In this document: positions 33,084 to 42,402 of the stretch, piece by piece
Position numbering within the stretch: position 1 is the first letter of the stretch
How the letters are laid out: each line of letters opens with the position of its first letter
Virus record (IMG/VR): IMGVR_UViG_3300015608_003726
Length of the DNA stretch: 64,000 nucleotides
Direction: 5' to 3' (one strand)
Origin: an uncultured virus (IMG/VR IMGVR_UViG_3300015608_003726)
Taxonomy: Duplodnaviria; Heunggongvirae; Uroviricota; Caudoviricetes
Made by a program: the position numbers and the translations under genes
Notes under the pieces: generated by a model
Told to the model about the DNA's origin: nothing
What the model saw: only the letters and a program-made list of their open reading frames with translations
Database searches by the model: none

Positions 33084-36000
33084 TTAACCAAGACCTTTAT
33101 GTATTTCGCTCATAATATCTTCTTTTGCAGCAACAACAGCGTCTTTTATAAGAGAGCCTATTTCCTTTGATATCATTTTTGCTATGTCTTTTTTATCTCC
33201 GCTCGAAAACAAAGATGAAGATGTATCTGATGAAGATCCTGTATTTAATCCTCTATTTCCTCTTATCCTATTTATATGTTCAAGAGATGTTTCTATAACA
33301 TTAGGAACAGGAGAGTTTTTTGCGCTCTTTAAATTCGAAGAATCAACTGACGGACTTGCTCCTAATAATCTGCTTAAATTTGACACATTACCAGAAATAG
33401 CAGACATATCTGCCGACATCTGAGATACCTTGCTTGGCATTTGTTCTGAAACAGATTTTGCTATATCTTGCAAACTACCTCTTCCATTAATACCAGAAAA
33501 ACCAGTATCAAGACCCCATTCAGGTTTCACTATAGGAAACATTCTTCTTTCTGATGACGATGATATTCCTGTTGGAGTAAATCTTTCTGACGATAAAAAT
33601 CCGCCAGCAGAAGAACCTGTTCTAATTGCTGTAGGAGAAAGACCTTGCTGCATAAGAATACCTAAATTTTTATTCTTATCAAAAATAATTTTAGAAAATA
33701 CACCAGCTCCTGTGTTCATAGCGTCTATTGCAGATATATATCCATCTCTTAATGTTCTTAATAAATCTGCTTGTTGCTGCATCGTTCCTAAAATTTTCGA
33801 TTCTGCGTTTGATCTGTTAATAGCGCTTTGAATTAAAGCTGCTTCTTGGGTTTCTATCTCTCCCTGTATCTTTTTTCTATCTTCTTCTGTTGTCGCTTTA
33901 GAATATTCTTCTTCTAATTCTTTTTTTCGTTTTGCAAAATTGCTATATCCTATATCTATATCTTTCAACTGCTGTTTCATTGCGTCAAGAGATTTTGATA
34001 AGGCATCAGAAGCCTGCATTCTCATCTCAGCGCTAGCGCCTACTCCCATAGCAAGATTATCTACAAGAGATATCTGTTGTTGAACTACCCCAGCTGATGC
34101 TGTTTTCATTTCAATTAATTTTGATTTCGTATTAGCATATATATTTGCTAGATCAGAACCTGAAGAAATAAGTTTTTGAAATTCTGCTTCATAATCCATT
34201 AAAGCAGCTTTTGCTTCTGATCTTATTTTAAATATCTGCTCTTGCGGATTTTCAGCATCTGATTTTTGTAAATTTGCACTATCTATTTTGGATCTTAAAT
34301 CTGCTGCTTTTTGAAGTTTTTCTAAATACGAATCGCTTTTTTTCTCTGATTCTGGAGTTATGTTTATTTCATTATTAATTTTTTCAAATTCTGGAGTAAG
34401 TTTTCTTAATTCTGCTTCTGAACTTCTTAACTGAAGAGCGGCAAGAGCTCTTATTTTTTCTTCTTCTTCTGGTAAATTATTTATTTTTAGTCTTGCCATT
34501 TTCTGATTAAGTATATTTCTTTTAAACATTTCATCCATATTAGAACTATATTTTCCCATTTGAGAAAAAAGATCAGTCGTATTAATTCCTCCAACTGATT
34601 TCGTTTTCTCTGATATAGATGTTAAAAGATTCAAATTAGATTGAAGTAATTCCCTTTGAGATTTCAAATTCTGCCTCATTAAATCCATTTCTAATCTTTG
34701 CTTTTGTCTTTCCGGTGTCGAAGCCTTTTCTAATTTGGCAATTGCTTCAAGTTGATAAATTTCTTCACTTCTTTGTATATTTTCTTTTTCTTTATATAAC
34801 GCATCCACTTTTTTAAATTCAGACTTCTTCTCCTGTATTATCTTCATCTGTTTTTCCATCTTTTTTTCCAATTCTAATTCATTATCAGTCTTCCATGCCA
34901 AAGGATCTCCTGAAACTAAATTACTACCAAATCTTCTTAAATTATTTACAGTACCTGAAAGTTTCCCTGTACGTTCTTGATCCAAAGACCTTTGAAGTTC
35001 AGCATACCCTTTTTCTGCCGTAATTAAACTAATTTCTTCCATAGACTTAGCTTTAGCTTCTCTTTTTCTAAAACTTTCATCTTGTTTTTCATACATATAT
35101 TCATTATTTCTAATCATGTCATTTCTTTCTTCTACAGAACCTTTATCAGAATTCTGTCCGCTAGAAAAATTAAAACGACCGTGAAAAGCACCTGCAATAG
35201 AATCATAGTAATTTTCAGAAAAATTTCGAGCCAAATCAAATGCAGACGATTGTTCCATGGAATTACCAAGTTCATTTCCAACATACGCGGCAGCAAGATA
35301 CGGTAAAGCTCTAGAACCAATAGCACCTGCTTCACCTGCTACTTTTGCTACACCTGACGCTCCTTTCGCAACAGACGCTCCTTTCGCAACAGACGCTCCT
35401 TCCGCAACAGATTCTACAGCATCTAAGCCTTTTGCCATACCGGAAATCTTTCCAGCTCCATATGCTCCTATTTTTGCTAAATTAGGCAATAATACTGTAA
35501 TATTTTTAATTCCATAAAAACCTGCAGTCAAAATACCAACCCACTTAACTAGGCTAACAATTTCCTTATTCCATTGTTGAAATATTTCTGCAATAGTTTT
35601 TACGGCAGGCATCACTTCTTGAGCCAAGGTAACTGCTATTCTTTCTTGAGTTTGCTCAAAAGTCCTCATAGCTGCTATTTCTTCATCTATTTGTTGTTTG
35701 CGTTTTTTGTCTTCTTCTGTTATTCCTTTTATCCCATCCATTTGAGAAGCAAGAATATCCTGCAATTGGTCGCTTTGTTGTTTATTAAGAATACCTACAC
35801 TATCGCCAATGTCTGCATATAAAGTTATAATTTTCTTTTGATAATCGCTTAAATTACCGCCTGAACCAACAGATGTAATTGCCTTACCCAAGCCTATATA
35901 TTCTTCAGATAAAGCAGATATACTACTAATTTGCTGTTGTATTGCTTGAGGATTATTACCGACAACCTTCTCAAACATTTTTATAATATTTTCAAAATTA

Positions 36001-36434
36001 CCTGCCGAATTTCGAAATCCTGTTTGTATAGCGCTGGCAAGAGACAAAACTTCTGTTCTTAGCATTCTATTCGTAACAGCAAATTTTTCTATTCTATTAT
36101 TTAATTGCGAAAATCCTATACCATATTTCAAAAATTCACTGCCAACAGATCTTAAAGATAAATTTAGTTTATAATTAACATCTAAAACAGATTTTAAAGA
36201 AGTAGCGCTAACGCCTAATTTAGCTAAAACAGAAAAAGTACTACTAATAGAATTACTTAATCCAATAAAACCTTTTTTAGACTGGTCCATCCATCTGGGC
36301 ATCCCCTCGAACTGTTTCTGCATTTCTTTAGCGGATTTTATTAAATTATCTAAATTTTTATATGCGTCTTTTGCTCCGAATTCTTTTACGTAGCAATTAA
36401 GTATATAATTAATGTCTTTTTTATTTTCTGACAT
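33084..36434 (-). CDS. Tail tape measure protein (1116 aa)
   Basis: Long helical/coiled-coil protein rich in Q/E/K/A with a hydrophobic, Gly/Ala-rich central segment; lies downstream of the tube and chaperone genes. Confidence 0.8.
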   Translation of the reverse strand: MSENKKDINYILNCYVKEFGAKDAYKNLDNLIKSAKEMQKQFEGMPRWMDQSKKGFIGLSNSISSTFSVLAKLGVSATSLKSVLDVNYKLNLSLRSVGSEFLKYGIGFSQLNNRIEKFAVTNRMLRTEVLSLASAIQTGFRNSAGNFENIIKMFEKVVGNNPQAIQQQISSISALSEEYIGLGKAITSVGSGGNLSDYQKKIITLYADIGDSVGILNKQQSDQLQDILASQMDGIKGITEEDKKRKQQIDEEIAAMRTFEQTQERIAVTLAQEVMPAVKTIAEIFQQWNKEIVSLVKWVGILTAGFYGIKNITVLLPNLAKIGAYGAGKISGMAKGLDAVESVAEGASVAKGASVAKGASGVAKVAGEAGAIGSRALPYLAAAYVGNELGNSMEQSSAFDLARNFSENYYDSIAGAFHGRFNFSSGQNSDKGSVEERNDMIRNNEYMYEKQDESFRKREAKAKSMEEISLITAEKGYAELQRSLDQERTGKLSGTVNNLRRFGSNLVSGDPLAWKTDNELELEKKMEKQMKIIQEKKSEFKKVDALYKEKENIQRSEEIYQLEAIAKLEKASTPERQKQRLEMDLMRQNLKSQRELLQSNLNLLTSISEKTKSVGGINTTDLFSQMGKYSSNMDEMFKRNILNQKMARLKINNLPEEEEKIRALAALQLRSSEAELRKLTPEFEKINNEINITPESEKKSDSYLEKLQKAADLRSKIDSANLQKSDAENPQEQIFKIRSEAKAALMDYEAEFQKLISSGSDLANIYANTKSKLIEMKTASAGVVQQQISLVDNLAMGVGASAEMRMQASDALSKSLDAMKQQLKDIDIGYSNFAKRKKELEEEYSKATTEEDRKKIQGEIETQEAALIQSAINRSNAESKILGTMQQQADLLRTLRDGYISAIDAMNTGAGVFSKIIFDKNKNLGILMQQGLSPTAIRTGSSAGGFLSSERFTPTGISSSSERRMFPIVKPEWGLDTGFSGINGRGSLQDIAKSVSEQMPSKVSQMSADMSAISGNVSNLSRLLGASPSVDSSNLKSAKNSPVPNVIETSLEHINRIRGNRGLNTGSSSDTSSSLFSSGDKKDIAKMISKEIGSLIKDAVVAAKEDIMSEIHKGLG
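35356..35409. repeat. 18-bp tandem repeat x3 within the tape measure gene (VAKGAS/VAEGAS)
   Basis: gacgctcctttcgcaaca twice, then gacgctccttccgcaaca. Confidence 0.85.
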
Positions 36435-36494
36435 AAAAACCTTAAAATATTATATATTTATGAATTATTATATAAAAACAAGTATATATTTAAA

Positions 36495-36522
36495 TATTAC
36501 ACAAAAATAACCATATATCCTT
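36495..36522 (-). promoter_or_regulatory. Putative phage promoter AAGG-N17-TGTAATA upstream of the tape measure gene
   Basis: Same spacing and same TGTAATATTTAA box as the site at 47193-47225. Confidence 0.55.
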
Positions 36523-36545
36523 GATATTATCGTCAATAAATAAAT

Positions 36546-36583
36546 AAACACTTTGCTTCTTATTCTTAAAAAACAAAGTGTTT
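36546..36583 (-). terminator. Inverted repeat, possible intrinsic terminator after the membrane-protein gene
   Basis: aaacactttg ... caaagtgttt, 10-bp arms, in the intergenic region. Confidence 0.5.
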
Positions 36584-36618
36584 TTATAATATATTCTATA
36601 GAGTATTTTTTTATACTA

Positions 36619-37263
36619 CTATTTAACAATCTCTTTCATTTTGCTAGGAGGAATGATATCAATAAAATAAGGATTATCTACTTCCCATCCATTTTTTAGC
36701 AAAAAATCATTAAAATTCTTGCACCGATTATCCCATACTCTCCAGTCTTCATAATCATTCAAACCATCATCAATATTCCAGCAATGACGTATCCATAATT
36801 CAGAATACTTAACGAAATCTTCTGCCGAGTCAACATGTCTGCACTTCCTTGTCCATTGATAACTTGGCGGTTTATCCCACATGCTTATTTCTTCTGAATC
36901 TCTAAGAGACTGAAAAAAAACTACCGCAGAATTATTATTGCTGTAATATAAAGCCTTTAATTGGTTTATCTTCCATTTGTCAGTAAGAATAAAAGAACCC
37001 TTAAACATTAAATAACAGGATAACAACATTAAAATACATAATAAACCGCTATTTTTTAACCAAATTTGAGCCAATTGTATTACTGAAAAGTATAGTGTCA
37101 TTAAAAACGCAATGCCAATAGCCAAGGTTATAGAACAATAATACCAAGAACTAAAAAACAGATATAATATTGTTATTAAAAAACATAATCCATGTATTCC
37201 AACACATAAATACCAAAATTTATTCTCCCCAGATATTGCTTCTTCATAATAATTTTCTTCCAT
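36619..37263 (-). CDS. Membrane protein of unknown function (about 3 N-terminal TM helices)
   Basis: Three hydrophobic stretches within residues ~15-90; strong AAAGGA RBS. Confidence 0.75.
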   Translation of the reverse strand: MEENYYEEAISGENKFWYLCVGIHGLCFLITILYLFFSSWYYCSITLAIGIAFLMTLYFSVIQLAQIWLKNSGLLCILMLLSCYLMFKGSFILTDKWKINQLKALYYSNNNSAVVFFQSLRDSEEISMWDKPPSYQWTRKCRHVDSAEDFVKYSELWIRHCWNIDDGLNDYEDWRVWDNRCKNFNDFLLKNGWEVDNPYFIDIIPPSKMKEIVK

Positions 37264-37311
37264 AAAATTCCTTTCTTTTTTTATGAATGAAAATTGTTGA
37301 AATTCAGTGCG

Positions 37312-37689
37312 TTAAGAAGATAAAAAAGAATCTAATTTATCAATTATTTTATCAATAATATCTGGATCTAATTTTTGAAAACTTTCCTCATTCATTGGAA
37401 TTTCATTATTATTTTCATCTTTAAGATTCCATCTTATAAGTAGTTTATTAAATCTTCTATATCTAGTTAATACAGCATTAATGCTAACAATCCCATCTTG
37501 TATTTCCATAGACTTATCTTTTATATATAACTCATCATGCCAGTTAGGATATTTAAATACCATTTCAAAAAAATCTTTCTCTTCTGAATCTTTTTCTAAA
37601 AATTCTATTTTTTTAATATTATTTTCATTTTTAATTATAAACCTAATAACAATTTCATCTGTTCTTGCAAAAACACTATTATTACTCAT
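37312..37689 (-). CDS. Tail assembly chaperone paralog (125 aa)
   Basis: LLIRWNLKDENNNEIPMNEESFQKLDPDII aligns with CMISWDLKDEEGNDVPITPDNIDDLPLEIV of the upstream chaperone. Confidence 0.7.
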   Translation of the reverse strand: MSNNSVFARTDEIVIRFIIKNENNIKKIEFLEKDSEEKDFFEMVFKYPNWHDELYIKDKSMEIQDGIVSINAVLTRYRRFNKLLIRWNLKDENNNEIPMNEESFQKLDPDIIDKIIDKLDSFLSS

Positions 37690-37692
37690 GAA

Positions 37693-37890
37693 TTAAAACT
37701 CCAATAACCTTTTTCTTAAAATACACAATTCTAAATAAATGCTATGCTCTTCGGGCGATAAATTTCTGATTTCTTCTAAAGACCAACCATAATTTTCTGC
37801 TATAATATGCTCAGATAAATATGAATTAACAAACGATCCTGGCAGCAGTTTTCTTTCATAATAACCAACTGCTGCCTCGATTATTTTTTT
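37693..37890 (-). other. Predicted -1 programmed frameshift site (A AAA AAA, 37890-37884) and 63-codon extension giving the G-T form of the tail assembly chaperone
   Basis: The -1 frame is open with no ATG: IIEAAVGYYERKLLPGSFVNSYLSEHIIAENYGWSLEEIRNLSPEEHSIYLELCILRKRLLEF-stop(37693). It fills the gap before the next gene. Confidence 0.85.
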
Positions 37891-38330
37891 CTTTCTTCCG
37901 AAGACATAATATTTGATCTATCATACGTAGAAACTAAATATCGAACTATTTCCAACGGAAGATCATCTATATTATCAGGAGTTATAGGCACGTCATTTCC
38001 TTCTTCATCTTTTAAATCCCAAGAAATCATACATTGTTTTATAAGATTATCTTGATATTTTATGATATCAAGTTCTTCTGCTCCTGTTTGAGGATTATAT
38101 GTTTGAGAATTCTGTATAATCAAATTGTTAACCTGCCAGCTCCTTGGCTTCCACTTTGTATTAAGAACCTCTATATTCTTCTCGTTTGATTGTACAGCTT
38201 TTTGGCCCTCTTCCAAAGACAACACTTGAAACTGAACATTACCATAAGAACTGTCCTTGTATCTATAATAAACAGGGATAGATACAAATTTCTTATTTTT
38301 ACCAATGGTCTTACTCAATATATTACCCAT
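37881..38330 (-). CDS. Tail assembly chaperone (G form)
   Basis: Directly follows the tail tube; has a W.LKDE.G..VP motif; ends EERKK at a slippery A7. Start moved to MGNIL (38330) because AGGAG lies just upstream. Confidence 0.8.
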   Translation of the reverse strand: MGNILSKTIGKNKKFVSIPVYYRYKDSSYGNVQFQVLSLEEGQKAVQSNEKNIEVLNTKWKPRSWQVNNLIIQNSQTYNPQTGAEELDIIKYQDNLIKQCMISWDLKDEEGNDVPITPDNIDDLPLEIVRYLVSTYDRSNIMSSEERKK

Positions 38331-38395
38331 ATCTTCTCCTAGAATATTTACATATCGACAAAGATATATCGACAATACGTTTTAAACACAAAAAC

Positions 38396-38418
38396 AAAGG
38401 CACCATTTAAGTGCCTTT
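38396..38418 (-). terminator. Intrinsic terminator downstream of the tail tube gene
   Basis: aaaggcac-N7-gtgccttt hairpin followed by GTTTTTGTGTTT on the minus strand. Confidence 0.7.
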
Positions 38419-38446
38419 ATGATTAAATTAAATCAATATAATTATA

Positions 38447-39484
38447 TTAAAAACCAGGGAAACCAGGAGCAGTTGGACCGCCATAATTTGTGCCAGATGG
38501 CCTTGCTAGTGGGTTTGTAGCGCTTTCCGTACCTATCTGAGTTGCCTCATAATTAGCATCGCAATCAGCCAAAGCAGTATAATTTACAGTTGTTTCTACA
38601 ATGTCATTTGTTATTGCGATTTCTTCTATCTGGAAAACAACTCCATGCAATCCTGTTGCAAAATATGGATTTCCGTTTGATCCTAACGTATATCCGAAAG
38701 CAATACCAGCTGTAGATGTAAATCTATTTTCATTCGTATAAGCAAGATCGCTTAGGCCCTCATTTCTACCCATAATAACAACTTGTCCGCTAATGTCTCT
38801 TTTTCTAGCCGCAACATCTTGAGGAGATAATTTATTATTAAGAGTAAAATATCTTTCAGCATTATTATTCAAAGTTACATTAAAAGATCGTACCTCTTCT
38901 CCGTTAATAACCAATCCGGAAGATATATCTCCCCAGATCTTTAATACAAAGTCATTCCATGTAACCGTTCTTGCAGGAGATAGATAGGAAATATCATCAG
39001 AAACTTCTTTTGGCACACGAACATTATTATCAGAAGAAGCTCCTCCAATAATTTCGCAGCTAAAATTAACAGCCTCGCCCTGATTAACTGTTATCTGCTG
39101 AGAATTTATTATACAATTCGGATAAGTAAATGCTGTATTATCGGTATATCTTACATGTACAGGAAAAAATTCTACAAGTCTTCCATAATCATCTCTTTTT
39201 GCAGCGGCATTCCAAAAAAGTTTTCCTAAATTCGTAGCAGAACCGCATGTTCTTCCAGAGTTGGCAACCCCCTCGTGAACCAATGGGAAGGAAACATTTC
39301 CTCCAACCAACTTTGGACCAAGCTGATAAAGAGTTCTATCCATACGCCCATCAACAACATCTGGATAACTAACATCCTGAGATGCTCTTATATTTGCTGA
39401 CATAGCTCGAACAGTTACTAACCCTGTTGTAAATCCAAATGATACGTTTCCAACAAAGCCAAGTTTTGCAGTAATTGCTGGCAT
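38447..39484 (-). CDS. Major tail tube protein
   Basis: Beta-rich tube-like pattern (VGGNVSF; YPNCIINS..ITVNQGEAVNFSCEI; VRSFNVTLNNN; KRDISGQV), GGAG RBS, followed by a terminator and the chaperone genes. Confidence 0.75.
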   Translation of the reverse strand: MPAITAKLGFVGNVSFGFTTGLVTVRAMSANIRASQDVSYPDVVDGRMDRTLYQLGPKLVGGNVSFPLVHEGVANSGRTCGSATNLGKLFWNAAAKRDDYGRLVEFFPVHVRYTDNTAFTYPNCIINSQQITVNQGEAVNFSCEIIGGASSDNNVRVPKEVSDDISYLSPARTVTWNDFVLKIWGDISSGLVINGEEVRSFNVTLNNNAERYFTLNNKLSPQDVAARKRDISGQVVIMGRNEGLSDLAYTNENRFTSTAGIAFGYTLGSNGNPYFATGLHGVVFQIEEIAITNDIVETTVNYTALADCDANYEATQIGTESATNPLARPSGTNYGGPTAPGFPGF

Positions 39485-39520
39485 TTTTTAAAAATCTCCT
39501 CGCATAACAAAAACAAATTA

Positions 39521-39889
39521 TTAAGATATATTGCTACTATCAATAGGAAATCCAGCCGAAGAACAAAGGTCAGCCCACTGTTCAGGAACTGTAACTCCCT
39601 CTCCCTCAAGATAGTCATCTATGTTTGTATATGAACTTCTATTAAGTACGTGATTATTTAATTTTCTAACCGCGCTCAACAATGTTTGAGGAGCTGAAAA
39701 TAATGTAGTATTAACCTGGTAGCTATTGTAAAACTCGCCAAGAAGATCAACTTCAGGAATGATCTCTTGTAACATGACTATTTCATAAACAGCATCAAAA
39801 AGATAATCCTTCACAGTTAATTGCTGATTTCGAGCATTTGAATATGCTGTAGCAATTGCGACGTAACTAGGTCCTGATATAAACGCCAT
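39521..39889 (-). CDS. Hypothetical protein (122 aa), probably structural
   Basis: AGGAG RBS; directly upstream of the tail tube gene. Confidence 0.7.
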   Translation of the reverse strand: MAFISGPSYVAIATAYSNARNQQLTVKDYLFDAVYEIVMLQEIIPEVDLLGEFYNSYQVNTTLFSAPQTLLSAVRKLNNHVLNRSSYTNIDDYLEGEGVTVPEQWADLCSSAGFPIDSSNIS

Positions 39890-39996
39890 TTAACTATCTC
39901 CTATATCCTTTGTATCCAAACAATAGATATACTTCATACCTATCTTATAATCTTTCGGAAATACAAATGACATTCCTTCCCGTCATCCTACTAGAA

Positions 39997-41208
39997 TTAC
40001 AAACTATCTACATATATTTTTGATTCAGAAGAAATTACTTGATTTATGGCGTTTTCTAGTTTTTTCAAGAAAATAAACTTATCATACTTTTTTGATTCTT
40101 CTACGCATTTTTCAGAAACATTCTTAAAAATGTTTCCATTTCTTACAATCCTACTATACATATTCAAAATTGAATTGGTTATTCCTTCAACTGTACAGAT
40201 AGAAAATTCCTCCTCCATTCTTCCTATATAACAAAAAGAATCTATCATAAAACAATCTCTATAACAAGCATCTGTAGATCCAATTATGCCCCTCACAACC
40301 TCTCCCAGAGCAGCATAAGATGAGACTATAGGCAAACATCCGCAAGACATAGCTTCTAGCACAGAAAGAGCCGTAGACGATCTGGCGGAACAGTCTATTA
40401 TCGCGTCAAAACTATTATATAAATCATTCATTTTATGAGTAGAAACTCCATCTTTTATAGAAACATATTCTTCTGGAAGAATAACGTTCGTTGCATTATA
40501 TATATCTATTAAATTATATATATCATATTCTCCAACGTCATAAATATTTGAGTGTAAGTATAAATCAACATATTCTTTTAAACCAGATACTGCTTTTATT
40601 AAATTGCCTAAATTATTAGATAAGGCATTTTTTGATGTACATAAAATTCTCATTTTATCAGATTGATAATTTCTTAGTTTATTCGTATAAAATTGCGAAT
40701 GATCTGGTCCAAACGGTATCATAAATAAAGGTTGTTTTATCTTTCTAGATAACTGATCATGAGAAAACTTAGAAAGACAAATAACGGCATCTGCATAATT
40801 AAGAAACTCAAAATTTGATTCGCTTATATTATGAGCATCTATTGTAACAATTGAAATCCATTTAAAAACAGGATACATAGAACGAATGGCGTACATAAAA
40901 TTGGTTTCTTTATGATCCCCTATTGTTATAACAACATTAGGAGCAACTTTTTTCATAATTTCATACACCTGAGAAGCAGAATGTTCCGGATGAACTATAA
41001 ATGGATATAAATCGCATATTTTTGAACCATCATCTTCGTATTCGTACTGTCCAGAATGAGCTTCTGGTAAAAAATATCCCTCATCGTGATGCCAACAAGC
41101 AGAAGAAACATCGTGTCCTATTGATTTTAAATATTTCAATACTGCAGAGTTAATTTTTGCATTTCTCACTAATAAATATGGAGATGCAGATATTGTCATA
41201 ATTTTCAT
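39997..41208 (-). CDS. GT-B (GT4-like) glycosyltransferase with a degenerate catalytic motif
   Basis: MKIMTIS start, ADAVICLSKF, MNDLYNSFD, and SARSSTALSVLEAMSCGCLPI (first Glu of E-x7-E replaced by Ser). Confidence 0.85.
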   Translation of the reverse strand: MKIMTISASPYLLVRNAKINSAVLKYLKSIGHDVSSACWHHDEGYFLPEAHSGQYEYEDDGSKICDLYPFIVHPEHSASQVYEIMKKVAPNVVITIGDHKETNFMYAIRSMYPVFKWISIVTIDAHNISESNFEFLNYADAVICLSKFSHDQLSRKIKQPLFMIPFGPDHSQFYTNKLRNYQSDKMRILCTSKNALSNNLGNLIKAVSGLKEYVDLYLHSNIYDVGEYDIYNLIDIYNATNVILPEEYVSIKDGVSTHKMNDLYNSFDAIIDCSARSSTALSVLEAMSCGCLPIVSSYAALGEVVRGIIGSTDACYRDCFMIDSFCYIGRMEEEFSICTVEGITNSILNMYSRIVRNGNIFKNVSEKCVEESKKYDKFIFLKKLENAINQVISSESKIYVDSL

Positions 41209-41234
41209 AATACCTCTATTCGTCTTAATCTAGA

Positions 41235-42137
41235 TCAAGAAAGATTAGGATCTGACCATCCTCCTCTTGTCTGAACTTCCTGTTCCTCGCAAAACCATTG
41301 AATTTTTGCGGCATTTAATAAAGTACCTTTACTAACTACTCCAAATTGTATATCTGAAGGCCAAGAATTAAATAGAAATCTATTTAATATAATTATTTTG
41401 GCATCCTCAGACACTAAATAATCATTATGAACAAGAGGAAATACTTGCACAGTATTTGAATCCAATACGCTACACACTCTTAATTCTTCGGCTCTATATT
41501 TATTTTCAAGTATAACAAGCTGATCAGTTTGAAGAAGGCTTGTGCTTTGAACTCTTATAGTGTCATCTTCTGCAAGAACATCTGCCGTAACATCAATAAT
41601 GTCATATTCTCCAACAAGAGGAAATATATTCTTTTTAAGACCTTTTTGTATAATATCTGACATTCTTATAATAAATCTTGTTCCATTTTCTTTTGTTTCT
41701 TGATCGGCATATATATTTATCTCAAAATTTCTTTTCTCTCTTGTTGTTCCAAATGTCATCCACTGAGAATTTCTGCTTAAAGGAACTATTTCTATTGCCG
41801 GATATTTAGGAATAACAGGCTGTTCTCCTATATAAACTCCCTGAACAAACATACCCATATATGTTTTTTGTACAACGCATCCATCTGAAACTCTCCAATT
41901 AAATCGTATCGGACTCTCTAATTCTATAGAAGCATTATCTGGTATACTTGATATTCTTATGCAAGGATTTTCTCCTCTATTGCCGTCATGTATTGTTATT
42001 TCTTCTCCTCTTGAAAATCTAGAAGAATTCTCTACATGCAAGATAGTATCGCCTTTAGAAGCATTTGATGTTAATGGCGTCGAAGTTGACACCCATCTTC
42101 TTATAATTCTACTTACTGATTCTAATATTTGTTCCAT
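41235..42137 (-). CDS. Putative tail completion/terminator protein with two inserted small beta domains
   Basis: VYIGEQPVIPKYPAIEI..RNFEINIY..IIQKGL core pattern; lies between the neck and tube genes. Confidence 0.55.
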   Translation of the reverse strand: MEQILESVSRIIRRWVSTSTPLTSNASKGDTILHVENSSRFSRGEEITIHDGNRGENPCIRISSIPDNASIELESPIRFNWRVSDGCVVQKTYMGMFVQGVYIGEQPVIPKYPAIEIVPLSRNSQWMTFGTTREKRNFEINIYADQETKENGTRFIIRMSDIIQKGLKKNIFPLVGEYDIIDVTADVLAEDDTIRVQSTSLLQTDQLVILENKYRAEELRVCSVLDSNTVQVFPLVHNDYLVSEDAKIIILNRFLFNSWPSDIQFGVVSKGTLLNAAKIQWFCEEQEVQTRGGWSDPNLS

Positions 42138-42138
42138 T

Positions 42139-42396
42139 TTATAAATTTTCCAAAATATCTCTAATCATTTTATCAACAACTTCATCAACATCAGATCCAT
42201 CTGGTGTTTTAAATGTTTGTCCTAAAGAAGCTTTTTTTGCTTGTTCAGTAAGCATCGCATCTTTTTCGTTCTGATTAAAAACAACACCGCTTTTGACAAA
42301 CATGCCATTATTTTCTGATATATTCTTATTTAAATTTTCAGACATTAACTTAAAATTATTAATAAATTGTTCAAATCTATTATTGTCTTCTTGCAT
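42139..42396 (-). CDS. Hypothetical protein (85 aa)
   Basis: GGAGGT upstream; tightly packed between its neighbours. Confidence 0.65.
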   Translation of the reverse strand: MQEDNNRFEQFINNFKLMSENLNKNISENNGMFVKSGVVFNQNEKDAMLTEQAKKASLGQTFKTPDGSDVDEVVDKMIRDILENL

Positions 42397-42402
42397 ATAT
42401 TA

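Noticed and set aside
38331..38375. Upstream start (MSIYLCRY..) for the tail chaperone
   Set aside because: This stretch holds two GTCGATA boxes and the AGGAG RBS for the ATG at 38330, so it is more likely regulatory.
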